From a virus (lineage: Duplodnaviria > Caudoviricetes), in the IMG/VR virus record IMGVR_UViG_3300037605_000001, positions 1 through 42,489 of that record: 42,489 nt of DNA, one strand, 5' to 3'. Below the pieces are notes generated by a model. That model did no database searches, was not told where the DNA came from, and was given only the letters and a program-made list of their open reading frames with translations. A program made the translations under genes and the position numbers. The stretch's first letter is position 1. Every line of letters begins with the position of its first letter. This document shows, one piece after another, positions 25,900-36,264 of the stretch.

Positions 25900-27507
25900 C
25901 TAGATTGCTTCAACGTAGAAGTCAGGTGTGATTGGAATGGGTTTCCAGACCCCATCGTGAATGTGGTTGACGATTGCCAAGGACATCACGCAGTCATCGT
26001 GGTTGCCTTCGTCGGCTTCCAACTTGCCACTCTCCTTCACCACGAAGGTCAGCATCTCCTGCATCGTGGTCTTGTCGTTCAGTTCCAGTTCGTTGATCCG
26101 AAGGGAGGCCCTAAGATCGTCAATGATCAGAGGACGGGTCTTCACATCAGTCCTGAAGCCGAGGTTGGGAGTGTCCACATCGGTCATCTTATCCTCGACC
26201 ACGTTCATGAAGACGTTGGGATAGTGCCAATGCTTGTAGAGAAGGTTGACCGTCAGAAGACCGTGGTTGTTGCTTTCCACCGCGATCTTTGCGTCATTGA
26301 AGAATTTGCCCAGTCGGAACAGGACCTCAGCGTAGTAGTCAGGATGCACATGACCCCGCCAGACAGCGACTTGACGCTTCTGGGAGTCTAGGACCTGAGC
26401 CACACTATAGTCCCCTCCCCTGACCCCCATCGCCACGTCAGCGCCGATGTAGTAAGTCTCGCCGGGGTCCAGATGATGATACATCAGGAGTTCCCCTTGG
26501 GGATGCTCACGCCACTCAGTGAGTTCGAGGGCTAACCTTTGGATCGGTCCAACGCACTCAGAGATACGCTTGGTCAGGAACTCAGGGTCGAACACAGGCC
26601 GACCAGTGGTCAGGAAGGCTTCGTCAGGCTCACAGGGGTATTCCTGCTTGAACAGATCGAGTCCGTTCTGGTTCACCTTCAGCCGCCGCCAGTAGACCTG
26701 TTCATCGTCAAGGCCATAGCGTTCCGCCAGTTCCGCTTCGTCAGGCGTCTTCTGGAATCCCTTGGGGGTCTTCCTCCGGTATTCCTTCTGAAGGAACCAA
26801 GGGACGAACACAGCCATGTATCCGTTCTCACCATTCACAGCCCCCTTCCACATCTCGTAGAAAGGTCCGGTCACACCGTTGGCCGTGGACTCAATGAAGA
26901 CAGCCGTGCCATCAGTCTCAGGGATCGACTGAAGCAGACCATTCAAGTTCTCACGGGCGATGCTTTCCTTCCAGAAGGCCAACTCGGACAGGTGGGCGTG
27001 GGTGATCGTTTCACCACGAGCGATGCCATCACCGCCAGCCGTTGCCACCATGTAGGATGAGTCCAGCTTGTCGAACACCAGTTCCTTCCGAGAAGAGTAG
27101 CTGGTGCTGGGCCTGAGGATTTCTGGGACGTTCTCATGATACCGCTTGGTCATGTTGAACAGAGCGGTGGTCGAGTCCGACTTGTGTGTCACCACGATAG
27201 CCTTCTTGGCCTGTGACTGGGAAACCTTGTGGTAGAGCCAGCCACCAACGTAGGTGGACATCCCTTGCTGACGACCTTTCAGGATGATGATCCTGACCCT
27301 GCCCATCTCTGCCATCTGCTTTTCGATAGCGGCTTCAAGGATGCGTTGGGCGTCATTCAGGACGAACGGTTCGATTTGAGCGGCCTTGGTTCTGATCTTC
27401 AGAGCCTTGGCCGAGTAGTAGGGAAATTCTTCTTTGAGTCTGAGGCGAACCTTTTTCATCGCCTCAAGTTCAGCCATTGGGTTCGTAATCCTCCCAGTCG
27501 TCGCCAA
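25900..27507 (-). CDS. terL: terminase large subunit
   Basis: LKGRQQGMST, HLSE.AFW, ESTANG, GADVA.G..GDYS, HDDCVMSLAI. Start may be 27477. Confidence 0.96.
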   Translation of the reverse strand: MATTGRITNPMAELEAMKKVRLRLKEEFPYYSAKALKIRTKAAQIEPFVLNDAQRILEAAIEKQMAEMGRVRIIILKGRQQGMSTYVGGWLYHKVSQSQAKKAIVVTHKSDSTTALFNMTKRYHENVPEILRPSTSYSSRKELVFDKLDSSYMVATAGGDGIARGETITHAHLSELAFWKESIARENLNGLLQSIPETDGTAVFIESTANGVTGPFYEMWKGAVNGENGYMAVFVPWFLQKEYRRKTPKGFQKTPDEAELAERYGLDDEQVYWRRLKVNQNGLDLFKQEYPCEPDEAFLTTGRPVFDPEFLTKRISECVGPIQRLALELTEWREHPQGELLMYHHLDPGETYYIGADVAMGVRGGDYSVAQVLDSQKRQVAVWRGHVHPDYYAEVLFRLGKFFNDAKIAVESNNHGLLTVNLLYKHWHYPNVFMNVVEDKMTDVDTPNLGFRTDVKTRPLIIDDLRASLRINELELNDKTTMQEMLTFVVKESGKLEADEGNHDDCVMSLAIVNHIHDGVWKPIPITPDFYVEAI

Positions 27508-28183
27508 TCTCAGCAGCCATCGCTTCGAACTCAGCCGAGGCGAAGCTGGACAGGGCTGTCACTTCTTCGATCTTCTTCAGGCGGCGCTTCTCGTATTCCG
27601 GCCCCATGCCCTTCTCGACAGGCTGTTTGGGCTGTTCGATCACGACCTCTTGGTATTCCTCCTTGGCGAGTTCCAGCAGCCAGTCCTCAGGTTTCATATG
27701 AGTTGTCGTGGCGTGGCTGATCGTCGGAGCCTTAGAGTGGGTGTAGTTGGCGAGTTCCTTCAGGGCAGCTACCTGCTCCTTGGGGCTTAGAACGCCAGAC
27801 CGGACGAGACACTCCATCATCCAGAGAGGGTTAATCTCAAGTCCGGTCCTGTCCCGAACATCGTCGGGAAGGAATTTGTAGTTCGATGGATCAACCATCT
27901 TTGTCGCTTCATTCATGCGATGCGCTACCTCTTGCTGGGTCATACCCTGTTTCCACTTCCGGTTCTTTCGTGTGGTCACGAAGTTCTGGATGCGGCGTTG
28001 CAGTAGGGCGTCTTCGGGGGACAGCCGCCACGTCAGATCACGAGGGCGATCTTCTGGGGTGGTCCCAAATTTCTCACAGGCCATCCGCTCAATGTCCTCA
28101 TCAGTGACATGCGGATACTCGAACCACTCGGTCAGGAGTCGGCCTGTATTCAGACACATTTCTGGATCAATCGGGGATGCCAT
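27470..28183 (-). CDS. putative terminase small subunit
   Basis: Directly upstream of TerL; PL.MM...ALKELANYTHSK segment. Confidence 0.5.
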   Translation of the reverse strand: MASPIDPEMCLNTGRLLTEWFEYPHVTDEDIERMACEKFGTTPEDRPRDLTWRLSPEDALLQRRIQNFVTTRKNRKWKQGMTQQEVAHRMNEATKMVDPSNYKFLPDDVRDRTGLEINPLWMMECLVRSGVLSPKEQVAALKELANYTHSKAPTISHATTTHMKPEDWLLELAKEEYQEVVIEQPKQPVEKGMGPEYEKRRLKKIEEVTALSSFASAEFEAMAAEIGDDWEDYEPNG

Positions 28184-28239
28184 GTTCTCTCCATAGGTGG
28201 TCCCCTCCCTTAGACTGATCCAAGGGAAGGGATGTTGTT

Positions 28240-31200
28240 TTACGACAGTGCAGTCGGGATTTGCTTCGGATCGACCTTCTGGACACCTTGGCGACCCATG
28301 ATGAACTGGATCAGTTCAGGATCACCGAGGGCTTGGATCGGGATTTGGTTGGCCTCCAAGATGCTGAGGAAGATGTTGTAGTCTTCCGCACCAAGTTCCT
28401 GCATCACCTGAACCCAAGTCTCCTGAGTCCTCTGAGCATCCTTGGGGTGAATACCGTAGGAGTCGTGGATCGGGTTGAAGGTGTTCAGAGGCTCTTGCTC
28501 CTGAAGACGCTTGTGAGTCTCACGCAAGGCCCAAGCATCGTTCTGGTGCGTCATGAACGCGGCCAGACCTCGACCTGCCATCTTTGTGTCGGTTCCACGG
28601 ACACCTAGAGGCACCACGTTACCGTCACCGAGGGCAATTTCAGCCTTCTCGAAGATGGGGTTCTGCTTGAAGCTGTATTCCAGCATCATGCCATCCTTGG
28701 TCGGAACCTTGACCGTCTCTCGACCAGCAGCCTTCACAATGTCCGATACCTTCTGAGCGAAGTTCAGGTATTGCCTCATGCCGGGGAACTGGACGTTCAT
28801 CTGCTTGATCAACTCTTGGTTCATCCGAGCATAGAAGTAGTTCTCGTAGGCCGAGCGGACTGCATCAGCCCTGCTACCGAACTTGGTCCCGTTCGAGACG
28901 AACTTTCCGGTCAGACCATCAGCAACTTCGATGACGAACTTGTCACCACTGGGGACGATCCGCTTGCGCTTCATCGGGGGCTTCGAAGGCTCACCATCAG
29001 CGTCAAAGTGCGGGGTCACAAACAGATGCCCATCTTGGGAATCCATCTCAGAGATGATGTTCTCAGGGACCGGGATCAGACCGTTTTCCTCGACACCGAA
29101 GATCGGGACATCCTTGCCAGCAATCTCGGACAGGGCGTCCTTGAAAGCCTTCTTGCGGGAATTGAAAGCAGCAGCGTAGAGATACGTCCCTACAGGCTTC
29201 TTGAAGATTTTCCGCAGCACGGACCCCGGCAGATCAAGGTCAGACAGTTCGGGGATTTCCATTGTGGCGGGTCCCGCAACCTGCATGTAGATGTCACCAC
29301 CTTGACGCATATCAGGATCACCAGAGGCACCCTCAGGAGGGAGCATACCAGTGGACTGAAGAACGTCAGTGTAGCCCATCACCATACCAGCGATCTGATA
29401 GGCGTTGTTCGAGGCGTCCAACTGGACGATGAAGTCTGTCTCGTAGTTCTGAGCCAGATCGGCACGAACCTCAGGGTCCTGAAGCAGTTCCTTGGGTTTC
29501 AGCTTGCTCTTGTCTTTGTGACGTTCCCTTGCCCAGTCCACCATGCTCTTGACTTCATGGGCGGCGTTCAGGGCTTGGAAGAACCCTTCCGAACCTTTGA
29601 CCAGCTTCCCTACGGAAGTCAGGTTGCCACTCTTGTCCTCAAGACGGAGACGACCAAAGGGGTCTTCAGCCAGCTTGATCAGGTCATCGACCATCGTGCC
29701 TTCGAAGATAGCCATACGGCGTTCAGCAGGAGGCTTCTTGTCGAAACCAAGGAGGTTTCCGAGGCCGTGGAACACATAGTTCAATCCAGCTTCACCACCC
29801 AGCTTGTCCTTCTGTGCAGAGCGCATCAGACCCTTCATGATGTCACCAGCCTGAGAGTGTGCCAGCCCGTTACGGCTGTAGACACGCAGGTTGGCACCAG
29901 CCATCCACTCCTGACGGATCAGGGTGTTTCCGGCTTCACGGGTTTGGAACAGGAGTTGGGCCACGGTTCTGACGTTGGAGTCATCACGCTTTCCATCCTT
30001 GTCCTTTGGTCTGAGGATGTCGCCAATCGGTCCCAGCTTCGTCGCGTTCACACCGGACAGACCCTTTTCGATCTGGTCCAGCATCTTAGGATGGATCGAA
30101 TGGTAGGTCTGACGCATGGCGTTCAGGAAGTTGAAGATCGGGCGGAAGGCCGGGGTCACTCGGTCACGGGGGATGTCCTTCAGAGCACGGAAGTCACCAT
30201 CTTCAGTGACGTTGTGTCCATACTCGACATCAGGCCCACTCTGAGGAACCATCTTGCCGACTTGCTTGACTGCCTTGGCGATCTGAAGCCGTTCATAGAA
30301 CTCAGGGTCCAATCCATCCGACTTGGTGGCGTTGGGATTGTGGAACTGAAGGTCCACCACCATCAGGGGCTTGGAGGGATCGGTTGGGTCCTTGATGAAC
30401 TTGCCATCATACTTGAGACGGGCGTTGTTCCGAACCATTCGGCGCTTCAGCATACCCTTGTCTTCCATCGCGTTCAGAGCGTTGTTCACGATCTGGGCGG
30501 CTTGGGGGCCGGGGATGGAGTAGAGTTCCGCATAGGCGTCAGAGAGCATATTCACTGTCACACGGTCGGTCGCCATGTCATAGATCAAGGCTTCGACACG
30601 GTGCTCAGGACTCTTCGTCAGTCCTTGCCTGTGGGCTTCCAGCTTCTCGACATCATTCGAAGCACGGTCGATGGACTCGTAGATGTCTTCGATCCGCTCT
30701 TCGACCATCTGGGCCAGACCAGTCCGACCTTTGGCAGCTTTGGGCTTCTTGACCTCGACAATGCTGGGTTCACCCTTGGTCCGCTTCTTGCGGGCTGGGG
30801 TTTCAGCCTTGCGAACTTCAGTGGCCGGGGATTCCGGTTCAGGCCCTTTGGGGTCCTTTGGATTTGATCCAACAGAGACACCACCTTCGCCATCGTCACG
30901 GGGCTTACGCAGCTTGCGAAGCGCCCTTTCTGCCGTTGTCTCAGCAGGACGGTCGGCAGCGGGCCTTTGATTGTCATTGGCGGCTTTCCGAGTCCGCACC
31001 TTTCGGGGCTTCTTGGCTTCCTTCAGCTTCTCATCGAAGGCTTTCTCTTTTTCGGCCTGAACCGGATCGGCTTCACGCTCAATGGCGTAATCGTTGCCCG
31101 CCGCAGCGAGGGGGATGAACTTCGTGCGCCAAGCCTCCACAACAGCCCTCTGCCCTCTCTTCGGGAAGATCAGAGGCAGCATCTCATCTACCAACTTGAA

Positions 31201-33411
31201 GCGGTCGGCACGAGTCATTGCGGGGCTATTGATGGACTCAGCGAGGTCCATGATCATCTGAAGCTGGGTAGAGTCCAGACTGGGGGTTGCGGCTTCGATG
31301 TCAGTCAGAAGGTTCTTGTATCGGCGGTCGCCTTCGATTGCTCTCTGCTTCCGGCGACTTGAGGTCAGCCCTTTGTCAGCAGCTTGGAATTTCTTGAGCA
31401 CCTGATCAGGTTCGGGACCAATCTTCAGCTTACCCTTCCGGTCGAACTGAGGCTGATACTCAGGATTGATCCGTTGACGGACAGCCTCTTGCAGAGCGAT
31501 GATGTCGTTCTTCTTCATCGTGCGGGAGAACCCACCAATGTCTTCAGCATACATCTGAGCAGCACCCTGAGGGGCCAGACCTTCACGCTCAAGCTGTTCC
31601 AGAGCATCTACAACCTCATCACCAGCCTTGCCAATGCGGGCTTCCCAGAGACGGTCCCCTTGCAGCATCGGGTCATCGTTCTGAGGAACCTTACCCGTCT
31701 CGAAGATGGAGGATCGGTTCGAGGCTTCCAGACGGTAGCGACGAGCGAGTTCTTCAGGAGAGACTTGAGTGCTTCCTTGGGATTGGGTCTTTGGTTGGCC
31801 GGGAGACTTCTGACCTCTGGCCGCAGCAGCACCTTGGGCAGTCTGAAGTTTCAGGTTGGCCTTGGCTACCTGATCAGCCAGCTTCAGCTTGGCGAGGGTA
31901 TCACGAGAGGTTTCCCCTTGGATCGGTCCAACGGACTTCTGTTGAGCCTTGGCCGAGTCCACGAAACGCTTCACGCGGGAACGGTTGTTGGTCAGTCTGT
32001 CGATCTGACGTGCAACACGGTTGACAGCGATCAGGGTCCCAGCGGTCCCGATGGAACCAGAGGCGGCAACAGCGATACCTCCGAGAGAGGTAGTGCTGCG
32101 GGGATCGGTTATGTCAAAGCGGCTGGTCTTGGCCGAGAGGCCCCCCATGTCACCTTTGTCACCCTTGGTGAACCTCTGGATCGTGTTGATCTGGTTCGAG
32201 AGAGACTTGAGCCGTTCAACGTCAGCATCAGAATATCCAGACGACTTGAGGGCTTCATAAGCCATCTTCACGTCTTGCTGGAAACTCTCAGGCGACGAGG
32301 AAGACTGCGTTTGGGTTGTCTTCACCAGAGCGTTCAGAGCGACCTCAGCATCTCGACTGCCTTGGTATTTTGCCAGCTTGCGGAGGTCGCTTGCGATCAC
32401 CCCTACTTCAGCACGAATACCACGAAGGGCAGCGTTGGCAGCAGCTTTGGCCGAGCCTGTGTCTGTGTCATTCACATTGGCGAGGACAGCCATGTCACCA
32501 TCAGCGGCCTTCAGGAGGCGGTCGGCAGCACGGATGTCGTCTTCGGACATCTCACCACGGTCAATGCGGCTGAAGAAGTCCCCAGCGTTCTCTGGGGTCA
32601 TGGCGTCAGTGGCACGGATAGCCCCATCAACGGTGACAGCAGAGCCAGCACCGAGCAAACCTTCACCGACAACCATCTTGGGATCGACTTGCCAGCCTTC
32701 TTCAGTTCCGATGGAGCCACCAGTCTGTTGGATAACGGACTGACCACTTTCGGTCACGCCTTCAACGACAGCCCGACGACCGATACCGGAGACACCGGGA
32801 GTCAGGGCGTTAAGGGCACCAGAGGCGGCGGCAGTTGCGGCACCAGCGGCAATGTCACCACCAGTGACCTCAGTGCGGCCATCGTTCTCAGCCCGTTCTT
32901 TGGCGGTCGGTCCAAGGACCTGAAGCACTTCAGGGGCAGCGGCACCTACGAGGCCACCGAGGACGCCACCAACGGCGGCACCTTTGGGACCAAGGAACCC
33001 ACCAGCTTTGGCACCGATTTTGGCACCAGCCCAGCCAGAGGCTAGAGTTGCCCCGAACTGGGGCGCTTGTTCAGCTACAGCACCGGGAGCGGCGTTCAGG
33101 TCGAAGCCTTCTTCTCCCGGTTTCAGGAATTTCTCAGTATAGGTTTTGTAACCCTCAGGGCGGTCAGTCAGCCCTCGGAGCCAGCCCTCAGCCCCTTCGA
33201 AGCCAAGAACCTCAGCCGTATCAGCCACAGATTCAAGCGGACCATCGACAGCGGCCTCAGCCTTATCCCAGAAGGAGGGTTCTTTTTGTGATTGCTGGGC
33301 CGAGGACTGGAGGCGGCGGTATTCCGCCCCCAGCTTACGGACCATCTCTTCATTACCCTCTTGGTGGGCGATCTTGATCCCAGCCTCAAGGCGTTTCAGT
33401 TGGTCACTCAT
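28240..33411 (-). CDS. large internal virion protein with C-terminal T7-type RNA polymerase domain
   Basis: Hydrophobic Gly/Ala N-terminus. C-terminal motifs in order: LRVYS...QAGDIMKGL, GFDKKPPAER, QLDASNNAYQ, DIYMQVA, RKIFKKPVGTYLY, HQNDA, IHDSYG. Confidence 0.9.
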   Translation of the reverse strand: MSDQLKRLEAGIKIAHQEGNEEMVRKLGAEYRRLQSSAQQSQKEPSFWDKAEAAVDGPLESVADTAEVLGFEGAEGWLRGLTDRPEGYKTYTEKFLKPGEEGFDLNAAPGAVAEQAPQFGATLASGWAGAKIGAKAGGFLGPKGAAVGGVLGGLVGAAAPEVLQVLGPTAKERAENDGRTEVTGGDIAAGAATAAASGALNALTPGVSGIGRRAVVEGVTESGQSVIQQTGGSIGTEEGWQVDPKMVVGEGLLGAGSAVTVDGAIRATDAMTPENAGDFFSRIDRGEMSEDDIRAADRLLKAADGDMAVLANVNDTDTGSAKAAANAALRGIRAEVGVIASDLRKLAKYQGSRDAEVALNALVKTTQTQSSSSPESFQQDVKMAYEALKSSGYSDADVERLKSLSNQINTIQRFTKGDKGDMGGLSAKTSRFDITDPRSTTSLGGIAVAASGSIGTAGTLIAVNRVARQIDRLTNNRSRVKRFVDSAKAQQKSVGPIQGETSRDTLAKLKLADQVAKANLKLQTAQGAAAARGQKSPGQPKTQSQGSTQVSPEELARRYRLEASNRSSIFETGKVPQNDDPMLQGDRLWEARIGKAGDEVVDALEQLEREGLAPQGAAQMYAEDIGGFSRTMKKNDIIALQEAVRQRINPEYQPQFDRKGKLKIGPEPDQVLKKFQAADKGLTSSRRKQRAIEGDRRYKNLLTDIEAATPSLDSTQLQMIMDLAESINSPAMTRADRFKLVDEMLPLIFPKRGQRAVVEAWRTKFIPLAAAGNDYAIEREADPVQAEKEKAFDEKLKEAKKPRKVRTRKAANDNQRPAADRPAETTAERALRKLRKPRDDGEGGVSVGSNPKDPKGPEPESPATEVRKAETPARKKRTKGEPSIVEVKKPKAAKGRTGLAQMVEERIEDIYESIDRASNDVEKLEAHRQGLTKSPEHRVEALIYDMATDRVTVNMLSDAYAELYSIPGPQAAQIVNNALNAMEDKGMLKRRMVRNNARLKYDGKFIKDPTDPSKPLMVVDLQFHNPNATKSDGLDPEFYERLQIAKAVKQVGKMVPQSGPDVEYGHNVTEDGDFRALKDIPRDRVTPAFRPIFNFLNAMRQTYHSIHPKMLDQIEKGLSGVNATKLGPIGDILRPKDKDGKRDDSNVRTVAQLLFQTREAGNTLIRQEWMAGANLRVYSRNGLAHSQAGDIMKGLMRSAQKDKLGGEAGLNYVFHGLGNLLGFDKKPPAERRMAIFEGTMVDDLIKLAEDPFGRLRLEDKSGNLTSVGKLVKGSEGFFQALNAAHEVKSMVDWARERHKDKSKLKPKELLQDPEVRADLAQNYETDFIVQLDASNNAYQIAGMVMGYTDVLQSTGMLPPEGASGDPDMRQGGDIYMQVAGPATMEIPELSDLDLPGSVLRKIFKKPVGTYLYAAAFNSRKKAFKDALSEIAGKDVPIFGVEENGLIPVPENIISEMDSQDGHLFVTPHFDADGEPSKPPMKRKRIVPSGDKFVIEVADGLTGKFVSNGTKFGSRADAVRSAYENYFYARMNQELIKQMNVQFPGMRQYLNFAQKVSDIVKAAGRETVKVPTKDGMMLEYSFKQNPIFEKAEIALGDGNVVPLGVRGTDTKMAGRGLAAFMTHQNDAWALRETHKRLQEQEPLNTFNPIHDSYGIHPKDAQRTQETWVQVMQELGAEDYNIFLSILEANQIPIQALGDPELIQFIMGRQGVQKVDPKQIPTALS

Positions 33412-33420
33412 GTATTTTCC

Positions 33421-35295
33421 TTAGATACCTCGTTGTCTCAGGTATTCTTCAACTTCAGGATCACCCTGAGTCTGGCCTCCATTGGACGAATCCAAAGCGC
33501 CGCCACCGGACGGTGCAGGACCCTGCCAGTAGCCACCGGGGAGGTCATAGGTCCCCTCAAGGACACCAGCGAGATACGGGGATGCGGCACCAGTCGTCCC
33601 GATGAAGCGATAGAGTTCACGCTGCATCAGTCGGCGTTTCTGTTCCACGTCCTGAGGATCGTCGCCGGGGGCCGGAAGGAAGGCACCAGCGTAGTCGGCA
33701 ATCTCAGCGCCAGTGTAGGCAGCACCCGTATCAGCACGGAGGATCGACTGAAGGAACGCACGAGCCGTGTTGGCAGCAGCGCCGGATAGACCAGAGTTAC
33801 CAATGATGGTGTTCAGGACAGCCCCAGTCACACGACCATTGGCATTGTTCGCGGCCCATGTCTCAAGACCAGTCCGAAGGGCCGTGACTTGCTCCGGTCC
33901 CATAGTGGTCCAGATGTTGTCGAGGTCCTTGAAGGCCCCGATTGCACGGATTGCGTAACCGTAGTTCTTCTCTTGGGACTCACGCTGGAATGTGAACGAA
34001 GGGACACCCTCACCGGACACGAAGTCGGCATTGGGGATACCACCAGCACCCATCGTGACGTTCTGTTGATCAGAGCGGCTACCGATGCGGACATCTCGGA
34101 GTCGGGTTGTTGCAGGGACAGGAGTTCCATCCTCACCTGTGATGTGAGGGACACCATTGATCATCGTGCCAGCCAGAACCACTTCCTGACCTGTCTCAAG
34201 GTCACGGCCCACCACGTTCATTGGGAGGTTGTAGGCTCGGTCGGAGGATTGGCTTAGGCGGGCTTCCTGCATGGCGAGTTGTTGTTGACGGAACTGGTTG
34301 TCCCGGTCGTTCTGATTCACACCCATGACGTTCTTGGCAGCGTTCCCGATACCAGAAGCCCAGTCATCGCCAGAAAGCAGACCAGCGCCGATTGCCAGCC
34401 AGCGGTCATCCCGTTGGTCAGCAGTCATCTGATCCCAGCCTAGCCAGCGGGAGATTGCACCCCCACCCTCAGCGTTGCCGAGGCCAAAGAAGTCCTTGAA
34501 GGAACCACGAGGCTCGAACTCTTCAGGTGCTTGGGTCGAGGGTCCACGAGACGATGCGATAGCGTCTGTGCCTACCTGACCAGCAGTCACACCACCACCA
34601 GCCAAAGCTGGCATGGGGTTGTCCAGTGCATAGGCTTCTTCAGGAGAGATACCTATGGACTCAATCGGGGCCTGATCATCCCGAAGACCCTGACGTTCAA
34701 GGTCAGCGAGGACTTCAGGGAACGGCTTCTGTCCGGTCGCCAGAGACGTGACCGAGACAGGCTCAGGTCCAGCCACAGGGAACTGGGTGATTGCGTTGGG
34801 GTTGGCTTGAGCCAGAGCACCCTGAGTGGACAGCATGACGGGGTTGATACCGATGCCATCCCCATCCTCAGGACCACGGCCACCAGACAGAGCGCCGGGA
34901 CCTTCGGCCATGCTTTGTTCGATCTTGGTGATGTAGTTGCGGGTTTCCTCAGGGAGGCTGTTCAGGTTGCCATCCCATTTGTCAGCGTTCCCGGCCCCCC
35001 AGTTGTAAGCAGCCAGAGCACGTCGATGATCACCGTTGTAGCGGTTGAGCATCTTGGACATATATTCCGAACTGAACCTGAGGTTCTCATTGGGGTCCCA
35101 AGGGTCGGACAAAGGTGACACACCGAACCCCGGCTGTCGGGCCGTATCAGGCATAACCTGACCGAGGCCCTGAGCGCCCACTGGGCTGACTGCCTTCGGG
35201 TTCCAGTTGCTTTCGGCCTTGATCTGAGCCGTGAAAAGCCGAGGGTCCAGACCGTTCTTCTTGGCGTATTCCATCGCCAGAGTTCTGTAATCCAT
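33421..35295 (-). CDS. internal virion protein with lytic transglycosylase domain
   Basis: AESNWNP.AVSPVGAQGLGQVMP, ALAAYNWG, ETRNY. Confidence 0.9.
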   Translation of the reverse strand: MDYRTLAMEYAKKNGLDPRLFTAQIKAESNWNPKAVSPVGAQGLGQVMPDTARQPGFGVSPLSDPWDPNENLRFSSEYMSKMLNRYNGDHRRALAAYNWGAGNADKWDGNLNSLPEETRNYITKIEQSMAEGPGALSGGRGPEDGDGIGINPVMLSTQGALAQANPNAITQFPVAGPEPVSVTSLATGQKPFPEVLADLERQGLRDDQAPIESIGISPEEAYALDNPMPALAGGGVTAGQVGTDAIASSRGPSTQAPEEFEPRGSFKDFFGLGNAEGGGAISRWLGWDQMTADQRDDRWLAIGAGLLSGDDWASGIGNAAKNVMGVNQNDRDNQFRQQQLAMQEARLSQSSDRAYNLPMNVVGRDLETGQEVVLAGTMINGVPHITGEDGTPVPATTRLRDVRIGSRSDQQNVTMGAGGIPNADFVSGEGVPSFTFQRESQEKNYGYAIRAIGAFKDLDNIWTTMGPEQVTALRTGLETWAANNANGRVTGAVLNTIIGNSGLSGAAANTARAFLQSILRADTGAAYTGAEIADYAGAFLPAPGDDPQDVEQKRRLMQRELYRFIGTTGAASPYLAGVLEGTYDLPGGYWQGPAPSGGGALDSSNGGQTQGDPEVEEYLRQRGI

Positions 35296-35304
35296 GAAGC
35301 CTCC

Positions 35305-36249
35305 TTAGCCTTTCTTCAGACCAGCAGCAGCCGTGACACCGCCAACAACCTGTTGGAAGATGGACGGGGATTGGGTGACTTGAGACTGGTAGCCAGATTG
35401 ACCGAAGTTGCCTCCGACGATGCCCATGTATTTCTGGATCAGGTCGAGGTCAGACTGAGACATCTCACGCTGGCCGTTGATTTCGTTCTGGGCTTGCTGT
35501 TGGAACACTGAGCCAGCACCGAGAGCATCGCTGTAGCCAGCCCGCTGGGTATCCCATCCTTGGGTCATCAGGTCGTAGCCAGTTCGGCCTACGTCTCCGA
35601 GGGCATTGTTGGCCGCAAGGCGTTCCGAGGCGACACGAGCGTCAACATCGTTAGCCAAACCCATACCTTGATTGAAGGCGTCACCACGAATCTGAGAGGA
35701 TACGGCAGCAACACGATCAGCAGCAGCGTTCTGGTTCAGGGAGTCGAGGACCCCTGCCCTTGTCGAATTGATGTTGCCTGTGCCGGAGGCATTGGAGTTC
35801 ACGTCAGCAGATTGCAGAGAGAGCATCTGGTTGGCGTCACGGGCCACGGCGTCGATCTGACCTTGGATATAGGGGTTATCCGCCATCTGCATCCCTTGGT
35901 CGCGGATCATGGAGGTCCGGTCGGCAGTCGAGGTCCCGAACATCTGTTGGGCGTTCTGGGCGTATTGACCGAGGGCACCAGCGAGGTCGCCACCAGCGGC
36001 CACCATCTGACCACCGATACTCTGAGCGGTCCCTGTGCCAGTATTGAACAGACCATTGGCAGCGGTGGTCTGCATGTCGTTCATGTCAGCCGTGTAGTCG
36101 GTGATCCCGGCGTTCATGCCGAGGGCTTTGTCGAGGGCTGTCTGGGCTTGGCTGAAGCCGCCCTTCAGGTAATCTTGTTGGGGTTCCCAAGGATTTGACT
36201 CGAAAGGAGCCTGTGTCACCTTGGTTTTGGATTTGAATAAGCTACCCAT
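35305..36249 (-). CDS. internal virion (ejection) protein
   Basis: G/A/Q/N-rich 314 aa; first of three core genes. Confidence 0.7.
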   Translation of the reverse strand: MGSLFKSKTKVTQAPFESNPWEPQQDYLKGGFSQAQTALDKALGMNAGITDYTADMNDMQTTAANGLFNTGTGTAQSIGGQMVAAGGDLAGALGQYAQNAQQMFGTSTADRTSMIRDQGMQMADNPYIQGQIDAVARDANQMLSLQSADVNSNASGTGNINSTRAGVLDSLNQNAAADRVAAVSSQIRGDAFNQGMGLANDVDARVASERLAANNALGDVGRTGYDLMTQGWDTQRAGYSDALGAGSVFQQQAQNEINGQREMSQSDLDLIQKYMGIVGGNFGQSGYQSQVTQSPSIFQQVVGGVTAAAGLKKG

Positions 36250-36264
36250 GTGTTCTCCTTTGGA

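Noticed and set aside
23963-33045. Long plus-strand ORFs (23963-25822, 28771-30867, 31384-33045) and minus ORF 14481-16091
   Set aside because: Antisense shadows of codon-biased real genes, with no motifs.
28240-33411. Assignment to N4-like phages
   Set aside because: Virion RNAP about half the size, a different RNAP split point, T7-like primase-helicase and a much smaller gene set.
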